NCBI GenBank assembly: GCA_039795775.1
Contig: JBDKLC010000005.1
Coordinates: forward strand, 379,958 to 443,957
Direction of reading: 5' to 3'
DNA from: Candidatus Parcubacteria bacterium
GTDB taxonomy: Bacteria; Patescibacteriota; Minisyncoccia; Phycocordibacterales; CAIZLB01
Length of the DNA: 64,000 nucleotides
Positions 27,849-37,088 of this stretch are shown one piece after another (position 1 is the stretch's first letter; the number at the start of each line of letters is the position of its first letter). Below the pieces are notes generated by a model that was not told where the DNA came from, did no database searches, and saw only the letters and a program-made list of their open reading frames with translations. Position numbers and translations under genes: made by a program.

Positions 27849-28769
27849 TTATTCTCGACACCATCTTGAAACGATACCACAGGGCAATAGGCGCTTCATT
27901 GGCCCTGACTCCTGTATAGTCAGCTCCCCGCTCTCAATGTGGCCCTTAAAGCGTTTTATGAGGGAATAGAGGTTGTTTTCATAGGCTATAGACGAATACC
28001 CAGCGGCATACCCGTTTATAACAAAGAAAAGCGGGTCTTCTGTCAGAAGTTCCATACAGTCATCAAAAAGAGATAAGAAAGACTCTTCGATCTTCCAAAT
28101 CTCCCCTTTTGCACCTCGTCCGAATGCTGGCGGGTCCATAATGATAGCGTCATACTTTTTGCCACGTCGGATTTCTCGTTTGACAAAAGCAGCAGCATCA
28201 TCGAGCATCCATCTGATAGGTTTTTCTTTGAGACCAGAACTTTCTGCATTTTCATTTGCCCAATTCATCGCGGCTCGAGACGCATCTACATGTGTCACTG
28301 ATGCACCGGCAGCCGCAGCTGCGAGTGTAGCGCCCCCACTGTATCCAAAAAGGTTGAGCACCTGAGGAGTCTTTCCTTTCTTCACAGCATCTTTAATTAA
28401 ATTTGAACACCAATCCCAGTTGGAAAGTTGCTCAGGAAAAATACCAGTGTGTTTGAATGGCGTAAGGCGCACATTAAATATAAGCGAGCCATATTCCATT
28501 TCCCATTTTTCTGGAACTTCTTTTTTGAGAATCCAATTACCTCGTTCTTCGCCTTCTTCGTTCTGATTTTTTTTATCTTTATCTGTCTTTTTTTCGAATA
28601 TAGCATGCACCTGATTCCAATCTGCATCAGAAAGAGATTTTTTCCAGAGGGCCTGTGGATCAGGACGTGCGACAAAGATATTGTCATACCGCTCGAGCTT
28701 CATGCCATCACCACTATCAAGAAGCTCGTAATTTGGGGATTTAGGTGCGATAAAAATATGGGACTTCAT
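27849..28769 (-). CDS. class I SAM-dependent rRNA methyltransferase (RlmI/YccW-like)
   Basis: FGYSGGATLAAAAAGASVTHVD (SAM site) and the IIMDPPAFG motif. Confidence 0.7.
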   Translation of the reverse strand: MKSHIFIAPKSPNYELLDSGDGMKLERYDNIFVARPDPQALWKKSLSDADWNQVHAIFEKKTDKDKKNQNEEGEERGNWILKKEVPEKWEMEYGSLIFNVRLTPFKHTGIFPEQLSNWDWCSNLIKDAVKKGKTPQVLNLFGYSGGATLAAAAAGASVTHVDASRAAMNWANENAESSGLKEKPIRWMLDDAAAFVKREIRRGKKYDAIIMDPPAFGRGAKGEIWKIEESFLSLFDDCMELLTEDPLFFVINGYAAGYSSIAYENNLYSLIKRFKGHIESGELTIQESGPMKRLLPCGIVSRWCRE

Positions 28770-28886
28770 ATATATAAACTATAGCATACCCGTACAAATA
28801 TGATTATTAGAAAATAGTTTAAAAACAAAACCCCGCTCAAGGCGGGGTTTTTGTTTAACGTATAGAGAGACGTAATTACAGTCTGT

Positions 28887-29678
28887 TTATTTTGTTGAAT
28901 CCTTCTTTGAAGATCGGTATACGAAGTACGCGATAATCAATACGAAGAGAGCAATCAAGAACCAGATGTACCAACTGATATTTGCAAACGCATTAGCAGC
29001 TGCAGCTGTCTGATCTACATTTGAATCTGAAGTTGTAGAAGCTGTTGAAGATGAAACTGTAGTTGAAGCCTGAACTGCTTTTACAACAGTAGATCGAGGA
29101 ATGTATCGAGTTTCAACTGTACCTTCTGAACTTGCAGCACTCACTGATGTAGTTCGAGTAGATGTTGCTGTTGATGTAGATGCAACTGATGAAGTAGCCT
29201 GTGTAGATGTTCCAAGAACTCCACTAGCGCCAAATCCACCTGTTGAACCTGATCCTGAAGATCCACTCTGTGGAGCTACACCGTTTGAACTACCACCATT
29301 TGATGGAGGAGTTGTTGTAGCTGTAGAAGTTGATGTTTCAGGTGTTGAATAAAATGAGGCACAAGATGCATCACTTGCATCTGTAAGTCCGTTGAAGTCG
29401 TTGTCTACACCGTCAGTACAAAGTGGCTGTGTGTTTTCAGCTGTTCCAAAAGAAACTTCTGATCCACTACCACTACCGATAAATGGTGAACATGATGCGT
29501 CGGCAGAGTCTGTCTGACCATTCTGATCATTGTCCATACCGTCCTGACAAAGTGCAGGTGTGTTTTCTGGTGTACTTGGAACTATTTCATCCGCTGATAC
29601 TACTGTTGCTGTGAATACTGCTGCTCCGAAGAGGGCAATCATCGCTACAGCCATAAGTTGTTTACTAAAATTCTTCAT
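28887..29678 (-). CDS. cell-surface protein with two Cys-flanked Asp-rich repeats, Ser/Thr-rich stalk and C-terminal TM anchor
   Basis: Signal peptide. LCQDGMDNDQNGQTDSADASC and LCTDGVDNDFNGLTDASDASC repeats (thrombospondin-type-3-like Ca-binding pattern), a long S/T tract, and a C-terminal TM helix with a KK tail. Confidence 0.55.
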   Translation of the reverse strand: MKNFSKQLMAVAMIALFGAAVFTATVVSADEIVPSTPENTPALCQDGMDNDQNGQTDSADASCSPFIGSGSGSEVSFGTAENTQPLCTDGVDNDFNGLTDASDASCASFYSTPETSTSTATTTPPSNGGSSNGVAPQSGSSGSGSTGGFGASGVLGTSTQATSSVASTSTATSTRTTSVSAASSEGTVETRYIPRSTVVKAVQASTTVSSSTASTTSDSNVDQTAAAANAFANISWYIWFLIALFVLIIAYFVYRSSKKDSTK

Positions 29679-29765
29679 AAAATATATTTAATTTAATTAC
29701 GTGTTGTGGGTACAATGATAACACACTTACGCTTTATAGTCAATTATCTGATTATTTAAACAAAA

Positions 29766-29797
29766 GACCCCCGTTGCGCGAAGCAACGAGGGCCGGT
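29766..29797 (-). terminator. intrinsic terminator of the GC-rich secreted-protein gene
   Basis: Minus strand reads CCCTCGTTGC-ttcgc-GCAACGGGGG followed by TCTTTTGTTT. Confidence 0.65.
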
Positions 29798-29820
29798 TGG
29801 TTTAAGTTTTTGGCTGTTTG

Positions 29821-30750
29821 TTACGTTGACGGTGTGATTGTGCCAACTAACGTTATTCGGGCGCGCCAGAAGCGCTTTTCTTCCGGTGCAGTGCCCAGAT
29901 TGACCTTCACCCGCTGTTTGAGCGGATTGATCTGCTCAATGCTGAGCACAGGAACTTGCGTCCATGTGACAGGTGCTTCAAGCGCCGGGGTAGACTCGAT
30001 AGTCCACGTCGCGTAAGGCATTGACGAGAGGTCACCGCTTACAACAAACGTTGCATTTCCCTGTTCGATGTTAATCGTTTCGGGTGTCAGTGAAGGTGTT
30101 TGAATCACCTGCACCGATGCAGCTTTGTTTGTATGCGACCAGTTGTAAACTGTGCCGGCAACCTTGACCGTGCCGCTCAGGTTGTAGAGATTACTGCGAC
30201 TTTCACCGCAATACTCTGTCTTGAGCAGGGGGAATGGATTCCCCGACACCGCCGACAGCGTAACTGTCTGGTCAGTGAGATACACAGACGAGACCTGCGT
30301 AAGCAGGGTGCCCACGAAGTTGTTGCCGTCTATGCTCCGGGTTGTTCCCGAGGCATCGTATGCCCGCACATCAATCGGTAGCGAATCGCCGGGACCGTTG
30401 AATTTGAGCGCAGCCAAGCTCGCATTGTTTGGAAATGTCACAGCGCTTGGAAGCGATGTGTCATACCGCACATGCGAGTAAGTCCCCGTTTGAACGAGGA
30501 GCTCGTCAGCGTTGATGAGCGCATTGGTGACGCTGTCGCGCACCTCAAGCAGAAACCCAAATTTGAGGGTCGTAATCTGCGAGGCGATATTGGTCGGCAG
30601 GGGCATATTTGTCGGCAAGACGTCGGCCGAGGCCTTCGTAACCGTGTGATTGGCGAACGCGATGGGTCGGAGGCGAACCTCAGGTGTAGCGTGAACAAAA
30701 GCTGTGAGGCAAAGTGCCAGGACAGCCACGACGAATGATTGGATTTTCAT
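29821..30750 (-). CDS. secreted hypothetical protein (GC-rich, likely horizontally acquired)
   Basis: 309 aa, signal peptide, no TM helix. The gene is visibly GC-rich against its AT-rich flanks and lies on the 3' side of tRNA-Arg. Confidence 0.5.
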   Translation of the reverse strand: MKIQSFVVAVLALCLTAFVHATPEVRLRPIAFANHTVTKASADVLPTNMPLPTNIASQITTLKFGFLLEVRDSVTNALINADELLVQTGTYSHVRYDTSLPSAVTFPNNASLAALKFNGPGDSLPIDVRAYDASGTTRSIDGNNFVGTLLTQVSSVYLTDQTVTLSAVSGNPFPLLKTEYCGESRSNLYNLSGTVKVAGTVYNWSHTNKAASVQVIQTPSLTPETINIEQGNATFVVSGDLSSMPYATWTIESTPALEAPVTWTQVPVLSIEQINPLKQRVKVNLGTAPEEKRFWRARITLVGTITPST

Positions 30751-30981
30751 GATTTACTGTATTGCTGAATTGTCTGAATTGGGTTGTATTGAGTGACAGT
30801 CCTCTGGCTTTTGTTATGTAACTTAAACCGAAAAGAACTTTGTCGAAACAAACAGTAACACATTTATATAAAATTATCAATACCACCAGGTACTGTGCAC
30901 AAACAGACTAACTTACCGCATAAAAAGCAGACATTTGTCCGACAAACACCTACTTTTTATACGGTAGCTAATATATGAATG

Positions 30982-31054
30982 TGCCACCAGCAGGAATCGA
31001 ACCTGCAACTATCCCTTAGGACGGGACTGTTATAATCCATTTAACTACGGCGGC
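30982..31054 (-). tRNA. tRNA-Arg (anticodon CCT)
   Basis: Reverse complement reads GCCGCCGTAGTTAAATGGATTATAACAGTCCCGTCCTAAGGGATAGTTGCAGGTTCGATTCCTGCTGGTGGCA. Confidence 0.8.
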
Positions 31055-31183
31055 TTTTGTTATTTTCTTTATATAGTAACTAAAATAAATTTTAATTAAA
31101 AAGAATAGCTCTATGCTACCGCATAGAGCTATTCTTTCAAAATATGACAGGATACTCTGCTACAGCAGAATGTCCCCCACTAT

Positions 31184-31597
31184 TTATTGCTGAACTGTTC
31201 CCTGACCTTTTTCAATCTTTGTGAGTTCTACATCAAATACGAGAGTAGCATTTCGTGGAATGATAATGTTACCGGTATTATCAGTAATAGACTGCGCACC
31301 GTATCCAAGTTCTGGTGGGATAATGAGGTGCTTCTTTTCTCCAACACTCATACCTAGTATTCCCTGATCCCAACCTCTGATAACCATTCCTGCCCCAAGA
31401 ACGAATGGGAGAGGTTGACCTCTGTCGTATGAGCTATCAAATTTTGTTCCGTTTTCTAATGTTCCTGTGTAGTGCACATATACTGTGTCACCGTTTTGAG
31501 CAATTTGAGACATGTCTGATGATGATTTATAGATAGCCACTCCGAGAACAATCAATACGATAATAACTAACACCGAAAGAAGTATGTTTTTATTCAT
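31184..31597 (-). CDS. FKBP-type peptidyl-prolyl cis-trans isomerase, membrane-anchored
   Basis: VHYTGTLENGTKFDSSYDRGQPLPFVLGAGMVIRGWDQG... FKBP core after one TM helix. Confidence 0.85.
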   Translation of the reverse strand: MNKNILLSVLVIIVLIVLGVAIYKSSSDMSQIAQNGDTVYVHYTGTLENGTKFDSSYDRGQPLPFVLGAGMVIRGWDQGILGMSVGEKKHLIIPPELGYGAQSITDNTGNIIIPRNATLVFDVELTKIEKGQGTVQQ

Positions 31598-31640
31598 AAA
31601 GAGTGATTATAGTAATAAATTCTAATAATTGAATTGATGA

Positions 31641-31877
31641 CTACGCTGCTAGACCAAGCTTTGCAGCAACGTTCGACTTATCAAAGCCTATAAATACCTT
31701 ACCATCAACATCAATTACAGGCACACCAAGTTGTCCGCTCTTCTCAATCATCTCTTTTCTTTTTTCGAGATCTGAGGCGACGTTAAACTCTTCGTAAGAA
31801 AGATTATTCTGTTTAAAAAAATCTTTTGCCATATTGCAATATGTGCACGATGGTGTGCTGTAAATAATGATCTTCAT
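31641..31877 (-). CDS. glutaredoxin-like protein (NrdH/YruB type)
   Basis: 78 aa, CTYC active site. Confidence 0.75.
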   Translation of the reverse strand: MKIIIYSTPSCTYCNMAKDFFKQNNLSYEEFNVASDLEKRKEMIEKSGQLGVPVIDVDGKVFIGFDKSNVAAKLGLAA

Positions 31878-31933
31878 AGGTCATCATTATACATCCGCCT
31901 CTTCCGAAAAGTAAACAGACAAAAAGCACTTAT

Positions 31934-32335
31934 TTATGGCTTTATTTTAGAGTCTTTACGAAAAACATTCCTTACAGAATTCCAAATTTTTTGGATGACA
32001 CTTTTTTCAGCTTCTGGAGCCTTAGGAACAGGTTTATCTACGACAACAATTACACCTTCACCGGCTTTTGCCACATCAAATTTTGATCTGATTTCTGTTT
32101 CAATACCGTCTGAAGTTTTTAGTCGATCACTATTTTCCGCAAGAACCGAGTATCTTTTTTGAATTTCAAGTTGCTCAGCTGCGACACGCTCAAGTTCAGC
32201 ACGGCTCGCTTTTTCTTTTTTGTACACATTGATAACACCACGTCCAAGGAGAACGAGAACAAGTACTAAAATAAGAAGTGTTGTTTTTGAATACAATCTC
32301 TTTCTAAATTCGTGTTTTTCTTGAAATTCTCGCAT
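31934..32335 (-). CDS. septum formation initiator FtsB/DivIC-like
   Basis: TM helix, coiled coil, and SDGIETEIRSKFDVAKAGEGVIVV C-terminal motif. Confidence 0.55.
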   Translation of the reverse strand: MREFQEKHEFRKRLYSKTTLLILVLVLVLLGRGVINVYKKEKASRAELERVAAEQLEIQKRYSVLAENSDRLKTSDGIETEIRSKFDVAKAGEGVIVVVDKPVPKAPEAEKSVIQKIWNSVRNVFRKDSKIKP

Positions 32336-32598
32336 GCACTGCTATTATATACACATAGCCTCAATAATTAAACCTTTCTTTATGTTGTTTGACCCACGAA
32401 ATCAGAAAAAACTTAAATTCCTCTGGGGTGCACTTTGCATCCTTATTATCATTTCGATGATATTGCTCTACATTCCAGCCCTCTTCCAATAAACACTCAC
32501 TCTAGCTTTTTCCCTCAAAATATAGTATAAATTTGTCCAGTTTGGTCTTTGACCTGCTCGATTAAGCCTGTTGGCACTAGCCACCAGATATTTCTTAA

Positions 32599-33027
32599 TT
32601 GCTCTCACAACCACCATTACATCATCTTATGGTAAATATCCGACTCCTCGGAATCCCACCTGGGCAAAGCACTCAAGGTGCTAAGACCCTCGTAGACCGT
32701 ATTAAAAAAGCGGTCTGCAGTGTGCGACACCTTGTGAACTGTCACCATCTCACTCCTGACGACGTAAATGTCCAAGGCACTGTCTGTGACATTGATAGCT
32801 CTCTCGCAGAGCCTAACCGTGTCATTACGATCGAGATCCTCGGTCTCTACGACACAGACACGCGTGTGGGACGTCCTGTCATCGAAGTGCTCATGAGCAA
32901 ACTCACTTACGCTACGGCTGCACACTACCCGAAAGCGTTTCGTGTCGTATGCTTTCCTCCGAGCTGCTGGCACAGGGTAAAAACACTGGTCATCCAGCGT
33001 CGGCGTCAAAACCCAGTCAAGAAATAA
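32599..33027 (+). CDS. hypothetical protein (GC-rich islet); strand uncertain
   Basis: 142 aa on the plus strand. A terminator at 33076-33128 on the plus strand favours this orientation over the antisense ORF 32617..33057. Confidence 0.35.
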   Translation: MLSQPPLHHLMVNIRLLGIPPGQSTQGAKTLVDRIKKAVCSVRHLVNCHHLTPDDVNVQGTVCDIDSSLAEPNRVITIEILGLYDTDTRVGRPVIEVLMSKLTYATAAHYPKAFRVVCFPPSCWHRVKTLVIQRRRQNPVKK

Positions 33028-33075
33028 CGACATCGAGCACGTCCACAAAATAAACATGCTTTACAAGCAGAACAA

Positions 33076-33128
33076 TCCGCTATGCCCACATAACCAACCA
33101 GGCCTAGCGGATTCGCTTTTTTCAACTT
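33076..33128 (+). terminator. intrinsic terminator
   Basis: AATCCGCTA-(22-nt loop)-TAGCGGATT followed by CGCTTTTTTC. Confidence 0.5.
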
Positions 33129-33197
33129 TTCAATATTGGAATAAATAAAATAAGCTTTGAAAAGACTTGCCGCAGGAGAACAGGAATATTATTTCTA

Positions 33198-35036
33198 TTA
33201 TTCCCCTGTCTTCATCATCTTCAAAAAAACGTCGTGTGGAATGTTTACATTTCCTCGTCCACGTTCTTCCATTTTCTTTTTACCTTTCTTCTGTTTTTCT
33301 CGGAGTTTCATTTTTCGAGTGATGTCTCCTCCGTACATATGCTGGGTCACATCTTTCTTGAGAGCTGAAAGTGTTCGTGAAGCGATAATTCGTCCATTTG
33401 CTTTTGCCTGAATTTTTGTTGTAAACATTTGTCGTGGAAGCACACTATGAAGTCGATCAACGGCTTTGTTAGCTTCCTCATCAATTCGTCGTTCTGCTAC
33501 TACTCGAGTAAATGCTTCTACAGGCTCATCTGCAACCAAAATATCCATACGTGTCACTTGAGCAGGTCGCATTGATTCAAATTCATATGAAAGAGATGCA
33601 TATCCTGATGAAATACTCTTGAGCTCATCAAAGAAGTTTCGCATGAGTTCTCGAAGTGGCATGTGAATGGTCATTTGTGATCGTCCATCACCGAATGTTT
33701 CTGTGTCGCCAAGTTCTGCTTCGTGGTCATAGAGCATTGGATAAATAACACTTGTATATTCTTGTGGAGCAAGAATTTGTACAGTCACCCACGGCTCTCG
33801 CACACTTTCTACAAGCCCATCATCTGGGAAGAGCGACGGTGAATACACCATTTCTGTTTTGCCAGTTCGGAGTTTTACTTCATAGGTAATACTTGGTGTT
33901 GCAATAACGAGGTCGAGTTTGAATTCTCGTTTGAGTCGTTCTGTAATAATTTCGAGGTGAAGAAGACCAAGGAATCCACATCGGAAACCTCGCCCGAGTG
34001 ATCCTGATGATTCTTCTTCATATGAAAAAGCAGAGTCCGAAAGTCGAAGTCGTCCGAGCGCTTGTTTGAGTACATCAAAGTCATCGGCATCTTCTGGATA
34101 CACTGATGCCCACACTACTGGACTTGGACTCATATATCCAAAGAGTTCAGGAAGAGGTTTTTTGAAAAGAGTAATAGTATCGCCCACAGATGCAATACCA
34201 GGTTGTTTGATACCAGTTACGATATATCCGATCTGGCCTGCTTTGAGAGATTCGCAGGCTTCTTCATCTGGAGTAAAGATACCAACTTCAAGTGCATTGA
34301 ATCGTTCATTCGCAATTTTGAAAAGAAGTTCTGAGTGTCGCTTTACTTCTCCTTCCATTACTCGCACGAATACGATAACACCCTTGTGGTTTGAATATTG
34401 AAAATCGAAAACAAGTGCTCGAAAACTTCCTGAGTCCTTTATTTCTTCTTTTGGACAAGGCACTCGTTTAATAATTTCTTGGAGAAGACCTTCTACACCC
34501 TGACCAGTTTTTCCTGATGTTTCGATAATATCTGATTCATCGCAACCAATGAGTCGTGATACTTCTTCTTTTACTTCTTTGATTCGAGCAATTGGAGAGT
34601 CTACTTTACTAAGCACCGGAATAATAGTGAGACCCGATTCTTTGGCCATTCGAAGAGTAGTAAGTGTCTGAGCTTGTACACCTTGTGTAGCATCTACGAG
34701 CAAAATAGAACCTTCTACCGCTTTGAGAGCTCGTGATACCTCATATGAAAAGTCGATGTGACCTGGTGTATCGATAAGGTTGAGTTCGAATTCTTCACCT
34801 GCATTTGGGAGAGATTCGCCGAGCTCATTTTGTGCTGGCATCTTGTACTTCATCTGCACCGGTCGCATTTTGATTGTGATGCCTTTTTCTCGCTCAAGTT
34901 CCATACTATCGAGCACCTGATTCATCATTTTTCGAGACTCAATAGTGTGCGTGATTTCAAGCATTCGATCTGCAAGAGTCGATTTTCCGTGGTCGATATG
35001 GGCAATGATACTAAAGTTTCGAATGTGGTTAAGCAT
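33198..35036 (-). CDS. lepA: elongation factor 4 (LepA)
   Basis: IAHIDHGKSTLADR G-domain and the LepA-specific C-terminal domain. Confidence 0.95.
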   Translation of the reverse strand: MLNHIRNFSIIAHIDHGKSTLADRMLEITHTIESRKMMNQVLDSMELEREKGITIKMRPVQMKYKMPAQNELGESLPNAGEEFELNLIDTPGHIDFSYEVSRALKAVEGSILLVDATQGVQAQTLTTLRMAKESGLTIIPVLSKVDSPIARIKEVKEEVSRLIGCDESDIIETSGKTGQGVEGLLQEIIKRVPCPKEEIKDSGSFRALVFDFQYSNHKGVIVFVRVMEGEVKRHSELLFKIANERFNALEVGIFTPDEEACESLKAGQIGYIVTGIKQPGIASVGDTITLFKKPLPELFGYMSPSPVVWASVYPEDADDFDVLKQALGRLRLSDSAFSYEEESSGSLGRGFRCGFLGLLHLEIITERLKREFKLDLVIATPSITYEVKLRTGKTEMVYSPSLFPDDGLVESVREPWVTVQILAPQEYTSVIYPMLYDHEAELGDTETFGDGRSQMTIHMPLRELMRNFFDELKSISSGYASLSYEFESMRPAQVTRMDILVADEPVEAFTRVVAERRIDEEANKAVDRLHSVLPRQMFTTKIQAKANGRIIASRTLSALKKDVTQHMYGGDITRKMKLREKQKKGKKKMEERGRGNVNIPHDVFLKMMKTGE

Positions 35037-35182
35037 AAGGTTTGAGCACGGACAGAGCCGTTTGTGCTAGGAATATAGCATAAAATAAGCTTTTTTGCTC
35101 ATTTTGTGTGCAGAATTTGACATATTATATTTTATAATGCTTGATTTTTTAAATTTGTGTGATATTATTTTCCTCGGACATA

Positions 35183-35553
35183 TGAATCCACAACCCGCAC
35201 TCGCAGACACATCACGTCTGATTCCTTTTGAGGTCCAAGTGCCTCTTCGGGATATTCCAGATCAGACTGATCCACCGCACCGAACCGTGAGCACTGGAAT
35301 GCTCGTAATCAGCGGTCTCAACACCGCAAAAGACGGACCCTGGATTCCAGATGCCGTTCTTAAGAAACTCGTCCATCCTCACATCAAACACATGTTTGAG
35401 GACTACCCTGACTTCCGCATCAGCTTTACCCAGAAGTTTGCTGCCCAGCAGGTCGAACCAAATACCCCGACATTCGTGGGTCTCGTCGGCCTCCTGGTCG
35501 TCGTCGAAGGGAAAGACGTGATTTCTCTGATTCCGTCAGAGCCGGCTCCATAA
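35183..35553 (+). CDS. hypothetical protein (GC-rich islet)
   Basis: 123 aa from MNPQPALADTS (the track ORF 35095 starts earlier in AT-rich sequence). Closed by hairpin GGCG...CGCC followed by TTTTCTTTTT. Confidence 0.4.
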
Positions 35554-35660
35554 GCCCCGCTCGACAAAAAAAATCAAGATAGGCGACTCTCACGAGCCGC
35601 CTTTTCTTTTTCACATGGTTTCATTTCAAAATATATAATTTTAGATATAATCAAAGACCA

Positions 35661-36353
35661 ATGAAAGCAATTATTTTAGCTGCCGGAAAAGGCAGTCGAT
35701 TACAACCACTTACTGATCACACTCCAAAGCCTCTTATCCAAGTGGCAGGCAAACCTATTCTCGATCGTATTATTGAAAATCTACCAGATGCCGTTGATGA
35801 AGTTGTACTTATTACCAAACACCTTTCCGATCAGATTGAATCACATGTCGCAAAGCAAACAGCGTTCGGCGTATACAGACCAAAAGTAACCATTGTTCCA
35901 CAAGGACCGGCAACTGGCACATACGGCGCGCTTCTTTCTATAAAAGACCTCATAGCGCCAGGTGAGCGATTCTTTGTTATGAATGGTGACGACCTTGTAG
36001 ACAAAGCAGAACTCGAACAGCATCTCCAATTCCCTCTTTCATCTGGTATCCAAAAGAAAGTATGGCCAGCATATTATTCATCAGATCCTGATGCAGACGG
36101 TATTGTCCGACAATATCGAACTCAAACTCCTGAAGAAAAAATAAACGGCACCCATGTTTCAAATGGTGTCTTCGTTCTTGATGATCGAATCTTTTCTTTC
36201 CCAGCTGTTGAAATCGCACAAGGAGAACTTGGTCTTCCGCAAACTATTATTGCTCAAACTGAAACATATCCACTCCACGCTGTTATCACAACAAAGTGGC
36301 ACTCAATAAACGACCACGATGATCTCGAAGCTGCTCACAAACGTTTTTTGTAA
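35661..36353 (+). CDS. sugar-phosphate nucleotidyltransferase
   Basis: MKAIILAAGKGSRLQPLT...KPLIQVAGKPIL NTP-transferase motif. Confidence 0.75.
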   Translation: MKAIILAAGKGSRLQPLTDHTPKPLIQVAGKPILDRIIENLPDAVDEVVLITKHLSDQIESHVAKQTAFGVYRPKVTIVPQGPATGTYGALLSIKDLIAPGERFFVMNGDDLVDKAELEQHLQFPLSSGIQKKVWPAYYSSDPDADGIVRQYRTQTPEEKINGTHVSNGVFVLDDRIFSFPAVEIAQGELGLPQTIIAQTETYPLHAVITTKWHSINDHDDLEAAHKRFL

Positions 36354-36368
36354 TTTCTTTATAGGAAT

Positions 36369-37064
36369 TTAATCTCTCACTATTTCTTTTTCTTTCGTAA
36401 TCTGTCCATCTTGGAGTTGAATGATTCTGTCTGCAAGTCTTCCGTATTCTGCTTCGTGAGTCACCATCACCAGTGTCTGACCTTGTTTGTGGAGTTCTTT
36501 AAAAATTTCCATCACTCGTGCAGAGGATTCACTGTCGAGGTTGGCTGTTGGCTCGTCGGCAAAGAGAATAGTCGGTGCATGTGCAATAGCTCGCGCTACA
36601 CTCACTCGCTGCTGTTCTCCTCCAGAGAGTCGTGCAGGAATACTATCTGTTCGATGAGCAAGACCAACACGCTCAAGTGCTTCGATTGAGATCTTGTACG
36701 CTTTTTCAGTACTCATACCTTGCATGATAAGCGGCACAGCTACGTTTTCTTTTGCTGTAAGATCTGGGAGAAGAGCATAATCCTGGAATACATATCCAAG
36801 TTTTTTGAGACGAAATTTTGTTTGTTCATCAGTAGTAAGTCTGTTTACATTCTGACCGTCAATAAAAATTTCTCCTGATGTAGGTTTGTCGAGCAAACTC
36901 ACTTGATACATAAGAGTACTTTTTCCAGCTCCAGATCGTCCCATGATGGCAACGAACTCGCCTTTTTTGATCTGCAAATCAATTCCCTTCAAAATAGTTG
37001 TGACTTGTTCACCGTTCTTGAAGCTCTTAATTAATTCTTTTGTTTCTATCATTATTGATGACAT
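36369..37064 (-). CDS. ABC transporter ATP-binding protein (MacB/LolD-type)
   Basis: Walker [10 protein letters not shown], signature LSGGEQQR, Walker B ILFADEPT. Confidence 0.9.
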   Translation of the reverse strand: MSSIMIETKELIKSFKNGEQVTTILKGIDLQIKKGEFVAIMGRSGAGKSTLMYQVSLLDKPTSGEIFIDGQNVNRLTTDEQTKFRLKKLGYVFQDYALLPDLTAKENVAVPLIMQGMSTEKAYKISIEALERVGLAHRTDSIPARLSGGEQQRVSVARAIAHAPTILFADEPTANLDSESSARVMEIFKELHKQGQTLVMVTHEAEYGRLADRIIQLQDGQITKEKEIVRD

Positions 37065-37088
37065 ATATGTAGTAGGTTATGAATTAAT

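Noticed and set aside
29700-29800. Search for a direct repeat of the tRNA-Arg 3' end that would delimit an island
   Set aside because: No copy of the CCACCAGCAGGAATCGAA-type sequence was found, so island boundaries cannot be claimed here.
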